Positions 54,804-62,885 of a stretch of 64,000 nucleotides of DNA are shown piece after piece. Below the pieces are notes generated by a model that worked only from the letters and a program-made list of their open reading frames with translations, was not told the DNA's origin and made no database searches. A program made the position numbers and the translations under genes. The DNA is from an uncultured archaeon (GTDB taxonomy: Archaea > Altiarchaeota > Altiarchaeia > IMC4 > SCGC-AAA252-I15): contig CABMCB010000018.1 in NCBI GenBank assembly GCA_902384455.1, positions 1-64,000 on the forward strand, written 5' to 3'. Position 1 is the first letter of the stretch. Every line of letters begins with the position of its first letter.

Positions 54804-55005
54804 ACTTAAACACCCCCGCTGGGAGGTTAATATTATCAAACCACGCCCTTAAAACCCGCTTTAGAGGCATATGCGGCATTTCTACCGGCAGCAAAAAACA
54901 AAACACAAAAATCCGCTAAAAACGCCGTATACACCGGGTTTTACGTTCTTTTAACGCCGTTTTCCTTAAAAACGGCGGTTTTATAGGAATGCTCCAAATA
55001 CCTTA

Positions 55006-55557
55006 ATGGTGGTTGGTGTGAAGAAAACGAAAAAGATTCAGAAGACTTCTCGCTCCTTGGGAAAAAAACCATCCGCTAAAAGCACCCCAACGAAGCCCAC
55101 CAAACCCCCGGCCAAGCCGAAAAAGACGACTGCCCCAAAGAAACCAGTAAAAAAGGCCAAGTCAGCCGTCAAAAAGCCAATAAAGGCGGCGCCTAAAAAA
55201 CAGTCTCCACCAAAGAGGGCAGCACCAACAAAGGCTGCCGCACCAAAAACCGCTGCGCCTAAAACAACGTACGGCGGGCCATCTACGCTTTCAGTGCCTA
55301 TCACTCACCCGTCTGACGTAGTGGTGATGGGCGAAGTCGTAACCCCCGCCAGCATCAAATCCTTGACTAAGGAGGCTAAACGTAAGATGCGGTTCACCAT
55401 AGACGACGTCAACATAGTCGACATCATACCCCATCAGGATCCAAACAATCTCTTCGTCAAGATTGCCGTAATAGACCGAGTCCAAGAAGAGGCCGTCAAA
55501 ATGTTCCCTAAATCGGCAGTTAGGCGTCTGAACAAGATAACCTTGGAAATCCGTTGA
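55006..55557 (+). CDS. Hypothetical protein with a histone-H1-like Lys/Ala/Pro-rich N-terminus and a globular C-terminus
   Basis: About 85 aa of KKP/AAPK repeats, then ~90 aa of alpha/beta-like sequence. Confidence 0.65.
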   Translation: MVVGVKKTKKIQKTSRSLGKKPSAKSTPTKPTKPPAKPKKTTAPKKPVKKAKSAVKKPIKAAPKKQSPPKRAAPTKAAAPKTAAPKTTYGGPSTLSVPITHPSDVVVMGEVVTPASIKSLTKEAKRKMRFTIDDVNIVDIIPHQDPNNLFVKIAVIDRVQEEAVKMFPKSAVRRLNKITLEIR

Positions 55558-55600
55558 TTGACGTAAAGAGCGCTTATTTGTTTATATGGCGGCTGCTCCT

Positions 55601-55743
55601 AAGGGGATTATGAGGGGGCTCCGCTCGCTCACAACATAAAAACTCTCTGTCCGCGACCTTCCGCCGAGTCAAACTGTGACGTCGGGAGGCGGGGCGGACG
55701 GATTAATAATCAAATAAACGACGACCCCCTCACCAATCTCCTT
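55601..55743. ncRNA. Candidate rod-shaped structured RNA or inverted-repeat element
   Basis: Nested complementary segments in the intergenic gap (detailed in findings); TATA-like motif upstream and T-tracts downstream. Confidence 0.35.
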
Positions 55744-55760
55744 TTTGCAGTTTTTTGGGG

Positions 55761-55979
55761 TTATTGGAATAGAATCATCAGGGAGACTACGAGTCCGTAT
55801 ATTGCTATGGCTTCTGCTAGGGCGACAAATAGTAGGACTTTTCCGCTTGTTTCGGGTTTTTCTTTTACTGCGTTTGCGGCTGCGGATCCTGTGGCTGCTA
55901 TTGCGTAGGCTGATGCCATGGCGGCCATTCCTATTGCGAGTGCGGCGCATATTTCCTTGCCTACGTCTATTGAGACCAT
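55761..55979 (-). CDS. atpK: A/V-type ATP synthase proteolipid subunit K (c), copy 2
   Basis: C-terminal SGKVLLFVALAEAIAIYGLVVSLMILFQ is identical to copy 1. Start at ATG 55979. Confidence 0.9.
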   Translation of the reverse strand: MVSIDVGKEICAALAIGMAAMASAYAIAATGSAAANAVKEKPETSGKVLLFVALAEAIAIYGLVVSLMILFQ

Positions 55980-55981
55980 GC

Positions 55982-56116
55982 TTATTTTGCTCTGTTTTTG
56001 ATTTGTTTTGGGCGGGATTCTAGTTTGTCGTGGAAGTTGTATATGGTGCGGGTTATGCCTGCCCATATGGCGAATCCGAAAAAGGCGATTAGTCCCAGTG
56101 CGAGTATGCTTGCCAT
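55982..56116 (-). CDS. 44-aa single-TM microprotein (not in the ORF track)
   Basis: MASILALGLIAFFGFAIWAGITRTIYNFHDKLESRPKQIKNRAK*; stop lies 2 nt before the atpK2 ATG; AT-rich promoter upstream. Confidence 0.6.
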   Translation of the reverse strand: MASILALGLIAFFGFAIWAGITRTIYNFHDKLESRPKQIKNRAK

Positions 56117-56195
56117 TATAGTCTTTATAGTTCTCTCATATTGTGTTTATAAATAGTTTATATATAAGTTATGTAGAATATTTATTGTATATAGA

Positions 56196-57134
56196 ATGCT
56201 TGAGCACAGGAAGCTTCAGATTACTGGGGGAGCGACATACACAATAAGCCTCCCTAGGCAGTGGGTCATCAAGAACAAACTGAAAAAAGGCTCTGAACTT
56301 ACGGTTATAGACCTGACCACCAACGACCTTCTAATCAGAACTCACACCCAGAAAGACGAGAGAACCGCAACCCTTGACATATCCGGCGAAGAGGACGCCG
56401 GCTACATAATCCGCAGATTCATAACAAAATACATTCAGGGGTACACTACAATCGCTTTCATCGCGAATCCTAAAATCACTCCCACCGCCCGCAAAATACT
56501 TAAGGAAACCGCCGTCTTGCTCATAGGCCTTGAGTTGTATGACGATTCGGCTACTGAGGTCACTTTTCGGGTGCTTTTGAGGGAGGATATTTCAGTTGAT
56601 GAGTCGGTTAGTCAGATGGCGGATTTGTGTTTTTCGTCTGTGGAGGAGGTGGGGGAATTTTTGAGTAATCCTTCTTCTGATGTTGCTTCAAATGTCGCTC
56701 AAAGGGAGGTTGAGGTTGACAAGTTTTATTTCCTTGTCCTTAGGCAGCTTGCGACCACTGCCGGCATCCCCAATACCACGTGGATTCGGGCGGCGACCGC
56801 GATTGAGAGGGCTCACGATCAGATTGAGCGGATTGTTAAGCTTGCTTCCGACGTAGACAAGACGGCGTTGAGGAAGAATCAACGGATAAAGGACGCTTAC
56901 GGCAGGCTTCGCCGCCTTTATTCTGACGCCTCAGACTCGTTGAAGCGTGTTGATGCGGTCAAAGCCAACCGCGTCGTCGAAGAGGTTACTGCGTTTGAGC
57001 AGTCTCAAAGCAAACAGCTTGATGAAATAATCAAGCAGAAGGAGGACCCCCGAAGCATATTGATTTACGACGGATTCTATAGGCTTGCCGCCCACATAAG
57101 CGACGTGGGCGAAGCCGTTGTTAATTTGACTTGA
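56196..57134 (+). CDS. AbrB-PhoU family phosphate uptake regulator
   Basis: RKLQITGGATYTISLPRQW (AbrB domain), EVEVDKFYFLVLRQ and IERAHD PhoU repeats. Confidence 0.85.
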   Translation: MLEHRKLQITGGATYTISLPRQWVIKNKLKKGSELTVIDLTTNDLLIRTHTQKDERTATLDISGEEDAGYIIRRFITKYIQGYTTIAFIANPKITPTARKILKETAVLLIGLELYDDSATEVTFRVLLREDISVDESVSQMADLCFSSVEEVGEFLSNPSSDVASNVAQREVEVDKFYFLVLRQLATTAGIPNTTWIRAATAIERAHDQIERIVKLASDVDKTALRKNQRIKDAYGRLRRLYSDASDSLKRVDAVKANRVVEEVTAFEQSQSKQLDEIIKQKEDPRSILIYDGFYRLAAHISDVGEAVVNLT

Positions 57135-57136
57135 TT

Positions 57137-57991
57137 TTAGCGCATGAGTGTTGCGCTTCCTCCTCCGCCTGGCATTTCATGTAGGCGTTTGATTCTTTCT
57201 TTGGCTGGGGGGTGGGTTGAGAATAGGTTTATGAAGTTCGTTCCTCCGAATGGGTTGGCGATGTACATGTGGGCGGTGGAGGGGTTTCCTTGCTTTGGGT
57301 GGGTGCGTACGTTTGAGTCGATTTTTTCAAGCGCGGATGCGAGCCATTGGGGATTTGTGAGTTGCGCGCCTCCTTCGTCTGCGGCGTATTCGCGGCTTCT
57401 GCTTATCGCAAGTTGGATTAGCATGCCGGCAATCGGGGCGAGTATTACGGCAACGAGAGCTAGGGCGTTTCCGCCTCGGTCTTCTCTGTCGCTTCTGTTC
57501 CACATGAAAGCGTAACCCAGGTAACTTAGTACGCCTGCCATTACTGCGGCTATTGTGGATATGAGCACGTCCCTGTTTTTCACGTGCGTCAGCTCATGCC
57601 CTATGACGCCTTCAACTTCCTGCGCAGTGCAGGCGGAAAGTAGTCCTGTGTGGACGACTATTGCTGCGTGCCCCGGCCCTCGGCCTGTGGCGAATGCGTT
57701 TAGTGTGGGGTCGTTTACTATGTAGGCTTTTGGCGTTGGGATGTTTGCTTTGCGCGCTACTTTTTCCACTATCTCATTCAGCTGCTTGTACTGAGCGGGG
57801 TCTGCGGGCTGGGCATGGGTCATTGCAAGAACAATCCTGTCGCTGAACCAGTACGTCAGGATGTTCATCAGGCCGCCTACTATTAGGCCCATGAATGCGT
57901 AGTTTTTTCCTCCGACTAGTGTGAATGCGGCGATGACGACGCCCATAAGTAGCGCCATCAGGAAAGTCGTTTTAAGCATGTTCCAGGCCAT
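57137..57991 (-). CDS. htpX: Zinc metalloprotease HtpX (M48)
   Basis: NAFATG, HELTH, SRSREYAAD, LFSTHPP. Confidence 0.95.
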   Translation of the reverse strand: MAWNMLKTTFLMALLMGVVIAAFTLVGGKNYAFMGLIVGGLMNILTYWFSDRIVLAMTHAQPADPAQYKQLNEIVEKVARKANIPTPKAYIVNDPTLNAFATGRGPGHAAIVVHTGLLSACTAQEVEGVIGHELTHVKNRDVLISTIAAVMAGVLSYLGYAFMWNRSDREDRGGNALALVAVILAPIAGMLIQLAISRSREYAADEGGAQLTNPQWLASALEKIDSNVRTHPKQGNPSTAHMYIANPFGGTNFINLFSTHPPAKERIKRLHEMPGGGGSATLMR

Positions 57992-58054
57992 TTTGGTTCA
58001 CCTCTTTGTGTGAGATGTCTTAAGGTGAATGGGAATATAAAAATGGCTTGTTGG

Positions 58055-59167
58055 TTATAGTTGTATTTCTGCGTATACTCTTCGGTCTTCTTCTTCGTGG
58101 AATTCTATTTTGGAGTTGTTTGTTGGGTCTTGGCTCCATTTGCGGGCTATTCTGCGCATGAGTATTTCGCCTTTTGCTGCAAGCGGTCCGAGGCTTACTC
58201 GTGTTACTCCCGCTTCTTTGGCTTCTTCTATTACGTGGTACGTGAGTTGTTCGCCTGTTGTGGGCTGGCCTTGGGTTTGTGCGCCTCTCGCGCTTGGTTC
58301 TATGTATAGGGCGTGGCCGTAGTATGTTTTGCCGGTTATTTTTCCGGCGGTGAATCCTGCGAGGTATCCTCTGTGGTATACGCCCCATTTCATTCCTGCT
58401 TCCCGTATTTCTTTTCTGTCTTCGGATGGTGCTCTTGCTTCTTGGATGAAGGCGTCTATCATGTAGTCTGGGACGGCGTCTATTCTTTGGAGTGTGATTT
58501 GATTTGGGTGGTCTATCGGCGGTTGTGGCCCGGTGGGTCTTACGCGTAGGTCGCAGAGTGGTCTGTCGTCTTCGCCTTTGGAGAATATGAGTCTGAAGGG
58601 GCTGTTTGGTTGGTCGGCACCTGTTGCGTTTCTGAATCTGTCGGCGTATCCGTCGGGCATTCCGTCGAGGTCCGCTCCTGCGAGGCCGTTTTTCTGCGCT
58701 TCGCCTGCAAGTGCGCCTGCGAGTCCTCTGAGTGCCGCTGCTTCAACGGAGTTTGCCTGCTCGCCGCCTCCTCGTATCACGTATAGTTCGCTTACGCTGT
58801 ATACGCCGTAGTCGCCTTTGTTGAATGGGTTGGCGATTACGTGTCCTACGGTTTCGCCGTCGTGAACGGCTTCAAACGCAATTCCTCCTTCTTTAATCTG
58901 CGGGGGGCCTTCTCCCCAGCGTCTCATTACTACGCCGTACATGTTTGGGGGTATTTCCGCAGGCGCTGCTGTTAGGGGATGGATTGTGACTTGAGGTTGA
59001 GCTGATGTTTGCGCTGGCATTAAGGGTGGGGGTTCTGCAGCGTTAGGTGGGCGTGTTTCTTCTATTAGAGGGGGTTCCGGCGGGGCTTGAGCTTCTTGTT
59101 GAGGGGGGACTTCTCTTTGTTGTCTTTCCTTCTGCAAGTCTTCAAGAATGCGTTTAATATTGCTCAT
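58055..59167 (-). CDS. Hypothetical protein with Pro/Gln-rich N-terminus and GNAT-like domain(s)
   Basis: C-terminal ALYIEPSARG..TGEQLTYHVIEEAKEAGVTRVSL resembles GNAT motif A/B. Confidence 0.6.
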   Translation of the reverse strand: MSNIKRILEDLQKERQQREVPPQQEAQAPPEPPLIEETRPPNAAEPPPLMPAQTSAQPQVTIHPLTAAPAEIPPNMYGVVMRRWGEGPPQIKEGGIAFEAVHDGETVGHVIANPFNKGDYGVYSVSELYVIRGGGEQANSVEAAALRGLAGALAGEAQKNGLAGADLDGMPDGYADRFRNATGADQPNSPFRLIFSKGEDDRPLCDLRVRPTGPQPPIDHPNQITLQRIDAVPDYMIDAFIQEARAPSEDRKEIREAGMKWGVYHRGYLAGFTAGKITGKTYYGHALYIEPSARGAQTQGQPTTGEQLTYHVIEEAKEAGVTRVSLGPLAAKGEILMRRIARKWSQDPTNNSKIEFHEEEDRRVYAEIQL

Positions 59168-59266
59168 GATATTATAGCCCCGTGGTTATTACCGGGAGTT
59201 TAGAACGGAAATAAATAGAGAACGGGCTTTTTGTGTTTTATTGTAGTCTTGGCTGTAGTTAATTGC

Positions 59267-60169
59267 ATGGCCAGTGTAGTGGACAAGCGCAATTACGCCG
59301 AGGAAGTCAGGGAGACCAATAGATTCCTTGGCGGAGGGCTTGTTTCGTCGGCTGACTTGATGACTTTGGCTGTGGACCGCAGGGTCATGAAGGAGATTGT
59401 CTCGGCTGCGAAAGTAGTGCATATGAACGAGTTTGGTGAAGGGGACGGGCCCTTAGACTCCGTCTATGACAGGTTCAATCTCGTTTATGAGGGTCCGCAG
59501 AGGAAGTTGTGGTATTTAGGCCGCGAGGGAGCTAGGACTGAGTTTACGCTTTATACGGGTGAGACTATGGCGCATCTTTCTTGTAGGATGAGCAATTTTT
59601 TTCCTAATGACTTGTTGGCTGGGTTGCTTGAGATGAAGGCTGGCGGAGGCAGTCAGGCGGATGTTTTCGGTGCTTTTCGCGGGTATTATAGTGAACGGGG
59701 TAGGGTGGCTCCTAAGTATGAGGATGCTAAGTTGTCGCTTGTCACAGTAAAGGTGGGAGACGGTGATCCTAATAATGTAAGGGTTGACCCTAAGTTTCCT
59801 GATGGGAATGTTTTCCTTATTTTCTCTGAGGCTGAGCCTTACTTGAGGGGTATGCAGGTTACTGGTTTGCTTTTGGATTCTGCTGTGGCGCATTTTAAGG
59901 GAGTGGGTTATTCGCCTAAGTATGCTGTTGGTTATGCTAGGATGGCTAGGTTCTCTGAGGTTAGCGGGCAGACGTCTACAGCGACTGCAGATGAGGCGAT
60001 GGAATATCTGGAGCGTTATGGTGATTCCGACTGGAGCGTCAGGTTCCATAGGAACATCGGCGGGAATGTTCTTTGCGCTTTGCCGGGGTTTGCAGTTGAC
60101 CCTCAAAGCAGGAACGCCGGCGTCTTGGTAGTCTACGACTTAGGGGAGCGACTTAAGGCTTTGCCGTAG
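59267..60169 (+). CDS. Hypothetical GNAT-like protein
   Basis: C-terminal DWSVRFH..GG..LPGF..D..SRNAGVLVVY. Start at ATG 59267. Confidence 0.55.
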   Translation: MASVVDKRNYAEEVRETNRFLGGGLVSSADLMTLAVDRRVMKEIVSAAKVVHMNEFGEGDGPLDSVYDRFNLVYEGPQRKLWYLGREGARTEFTLYTGETMAHLSCRMSNFFPNDLLAGLLEMKAGGGSQADVFGAFRGYYSERGRVAPKYEDAKLSLVTVKVGDGDPNNVRVDPKFPDGNVFLIFSEAEPYLRGMQVTGLLLDSAVAHFKGVGYSPKYAVGYARMARFSEVSGQTSTATADEAMEYLERYGDSDWSVRFHRNIGGNVLCALPGFAVDPQSRNAGVLVVYDLGERLKALP

Positions 60170-60188
60170 TTCACAGGGCCTGAATTTT

Positions 60189-61529
60189 TTACGCCGCGTT
60201 TTGTGTTGGGTTGTTTATTTTTCCTATGAATAGTATGTTGCCGGTGTCTGTTTGTTGTATTATGTAGATGAAGGGGCGGTCTGCGCGGAATATTGGTGTT
60301 GGTGCGGGCATTGCGCTTGTGAGTCCGACTATGACTGCGGTTGCTGCGGCTGCTTCTGTGCCTTCTTCGTTGACTTCGACGTATGCTTGGTGTATTACGT
60401 CTGTTATTGAGAGGTTTCTTGTTCCGTCCATGCCTGAGAAGTCGGCGTTTGAGGTGAATGCTGTTGGCATTCCCATGCTGCTTAGTTGCTGGGGCAGGAA
60501 GTATTTTGTTTCAACTTTGAATTTAGGCAGGTACACGTCCACGCGGCGTTCGTAGATGGAGTTTCTCCATTCCGAGATTTTCTCTGCGCTGATTTCTTTC
60601 TCAAATGCGGGCATATCGCCTTCTTTGGGCAGGAGTATCAGCATGGAGATTTCTTTTCCTTCGTAAGGCAGCTCCAGGATTTGTGTGCCGCTTATTTCGG
60701 CGTACTTGAACTTCGCTTTTTCCCCTGTTTTTTTCATCAAAGGAGCTTTTACTTTTGCGGTTGCGTTGACTTTGAAGTCTTCCTGCTTCGTGTTTGTTTC
60801 GTTGAACTGCAGCACCCATTTGCCTTTGAAGTAGATTGCGTTGGTGAGCACAAGGCGCGTCATAGGCGTCAACGCTCCCTGAGGTATAAGGTCCTTGATT
60901 TTGTCGTTAGTCTTGTTTTCCACCCACGAGTTGATTATCTGCCTTGACCCTTCCGCGTTTGACACGTAGTCCATCGGCCTTGATTCTCCGCCGTACGAGT
61001 TTTGGATGATGCTTGTGTATTCGGGGAGGAATGGGTAATTGTTCTGCGGCCAAATGGCGTTTGCCGTGGACAGCCGGTAGTCTTTGGAGCCGGCGTTTAT
61101 TTGGTCTTGGATTTGTTTGAATGAGTTTCTTCTTGCCGCATCGTCGGAGGGAATGCCGAGGACTTTTTGCATTTCAGACGCCGTCTTTCCTCTTGCGCCT
61201 TCGTATGTCATTGAGAGCGCAGTTTCTATGCTCCAGGGCGAGAAGAATATGTTTCCGCCATCGTTCTTGAGGATTTCTTTGTAGAGGTTTATTGCGAACC
61301 TGTTGTTGGCTTCAACAAGAGAGGCGGCCTGCGTAGAAGGCACTGTAGTTGTTGGGTTTGAGGTAATTAGAGTTGTGGTGGTTGAGGAGGATTGAATGGA
61401 AATAACGGACGTGGTGGTCGAGGCTTCTTGTTGCGGGGTGGTTGTGGTGGTCGTCGGGTTTGGGGTGTTGTCTATGCATCCTGCAGCCAGTACTGTGAGC
61501 GCAATTAGGAGTAAGGCCGTTTTTTTCAT
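60189..61529 (-). CDS. Lipoprotein serpin (serine protease inhibitor)
   Basis: Lipobox LAAGC, Thr-rich linker, NIFFSP.SI, NAIYFKGKW, EVNEEGTEAAAAT hinge, FRADRPF. Confidence 0.95.
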   Translation of the reverse strand: MKKTALLLIALTVLAAGCIDNTPNPTTTTTTPQQEASTTTSVISIQSSSTTTTLITSNPTTTVPSTQAASLVEANNRFAINLYKEILKNDGGNIFFSPWSIETALSMTYEGARGKTASEMQKVLGIPSDDAARRNSFKQIQDQINAGSKDYRLSTANAIWPQNNYPFLPEYTSIIQNSYGGESRPMDYVSNAEGSRQIINSWVENKTNDKIKDLIPQGALTPMTRLVLTNAIYFKGKWVLQFNETNTKQEDFKVNATAKVKAPLMKKTGEKAKFKYAEISGTQILELPYEGKEISMLILLPKEGDMPAFEKEISAEKISEWRNSIYERRVDVYLPKFKVETKYFLPQQLSSMGMPTAFTSNADFSGMDGTRNLSITDVIHQAYVEVNEEGTEAAAATAVIVGLTSAMPAPTPIFRADRPFIYIIQQTDTGNILFIGKINNPTQNAA

Positions 61530-61593
61530 TGTGTTAAGTTAGTCCGAAAGGGAGGATTTATAAGCGCTGGTTTTTCTGCGGCTTACGCCGAAT

Positions 61594-62844
61594 TTACTCG
61601 GGTTTCCGAACCACCACAATTGTCTCCCTCACAGGTCTTTCTTTTGTGATTCCGTGTACGTCGCACCAGCGTGCGTTTGCTACAAGCAGTGCTTCTGGCT
61701 TGAGGCCTGCGTTTTTTGCTAGTTCTGCGAGTATTGTGTCTACGTCTACTGTTTGGTTTGGTAGGCAGGCGTTTCCTACGACGAGGCTTGCGGGTGCGCC
61801 GGGTGCTAGTGTGCGGGATATCTCCTTGAGGACGCGGTACATGTCTGTGAAGTATCCTTCTATTACTTGGGGGTTGTGTGTTTTGGTTTCGGGTATGTTT
61901 CTGGATTTTTCTATGACTTCGGTTACGAGGGGTAGGGGTGGCATGTTTTTTTCGTGGGCTTCTGCGTTGACGTGGCTTTTGAGGCTTTTTTTGCGGTAGC
62001 TTTTGAGTTCTCCTCCGTCTCCGACAAGCAGTGCGAGTTCTAGGGCGTATAGTTTGGTATAGTCCACGTAGTTTAGGTAGGGTGGGCTTGTTATGCAGGC
62101 GCCAAATGAGTTGTCTTCAGCAGGTAGGGCGCGGGCGTCCGCTACTTCGGCGCGGGATTCCGGACCTTCTTTTATGTGTTCTATGTCTCGTTGCATATGC
62201 TTTAGTTTCTGCTTCAACAGGTGTCTGACTGGCGGAAGGTGTTGTTTTTCCTTGATTTTTAGTACGCCTCCATCGCGCTTGAGGTTGCTTGATTGGAGCG
62301 CGATTGAGATGAGTGCGAGCATCATGAAGTTGCGGATTTTTTCGTCTTCGACGGCGAGTATTCTTTCTCGGAAGAACATTAGGTCTTCGCGGGCGTAGCG
62401 TCCTACTGCGCGGTGTGTGTCTAGGAAGTCTATTCTGGGGAATTTTTGTGTGGGTGTGCCGAATTTGACGGATAGTAGTTTGCGGCATTCGTCGGCTAGT
62501 TTTGTTGTGTCGTATCCTGTTTGTAGTTTTGTGTTTGCGACGAAGACGCCGAGCGGCAGTATGTCTGTTCCAACGGAGGGAAATCCTGCGTCGCGGGAGG
62601 CGAGTAGTGTTGTTCCTGTGCCGCAGAATGGGTCGAGCACGGGTAGGTTTGCGGTTGGGGGGTATTCTTTTAGTAGGGTTGTGACGAGGTTTGGGCTGTA
62701 TCCTTCTTTGTAGTAGAACCAGCGGTGTAGGGGTATTTGTTTGTTTTCTTGGAATGTAACTTGGCTTTCGAGGTCGAATCTGGGTGTGAGTAGTTTTTCG
62801 TATTCTGATTTTTTGGCGAGGCTTTCCAGTAGTAGGTTGCGCAT
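61594..62844 (-). CDS. Amino (N4-C/N6-A) DNA methyltransferase, apparently orphan
   Basis: Motif I DPFCGTGTT precedes motif IV TSPPY; HRWFYYKEGYS; no adjacent endonuclease. Confidence 0.88.
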   Translation of the reverse strand: MRNLLLESLAKKSEYEKLLTPRFDLESQVTFQENKQIPLHRWFYYKEGYSPNLVTTLLKEYPPTANLPVLDPFCGTGTTLLASRDAGFPSVGTDILPLGVFVANTKLQTGYDTTKLADECRKLLSVKFGTPTQKFPRIDFLDTHRAVGRYAREDLMFFRERILAVEDEKIRNFMMLALISIALQSSNLKRDGGVLKIKEKQHLPPVRHLLKQKLKHMQRDIEHIKEGPESRAEVADARALPAEDNSFGACITSPPYLNYVDYTKLYALELALLVGDGGELKSYRKKSLKSHVNAEAHEKNMPPLPLVTEVIEKSRNIPETKTHNPQVIEGYFTDMYRVLKEISRTLAPGAPASLVVGNACLPNQTVDVDTILAELAKNAGLKPEALLVANARWCDVHGITKERPVRETIVVVRKPE

Positions 62845-62885
62845 TGTCCTTATCTTCTTGCGTGAAAGTCTATAAGGAGAGGAGT

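Noticed and set aside
55601-55743. tRNA, SRP RNA, SECIS or H/ACA identity for the structured element
   Set aside because: No cloverleaf or TTCRA, no SRP helix-8 motif and no convincing K-turn/ACA geometry; left unclassified.
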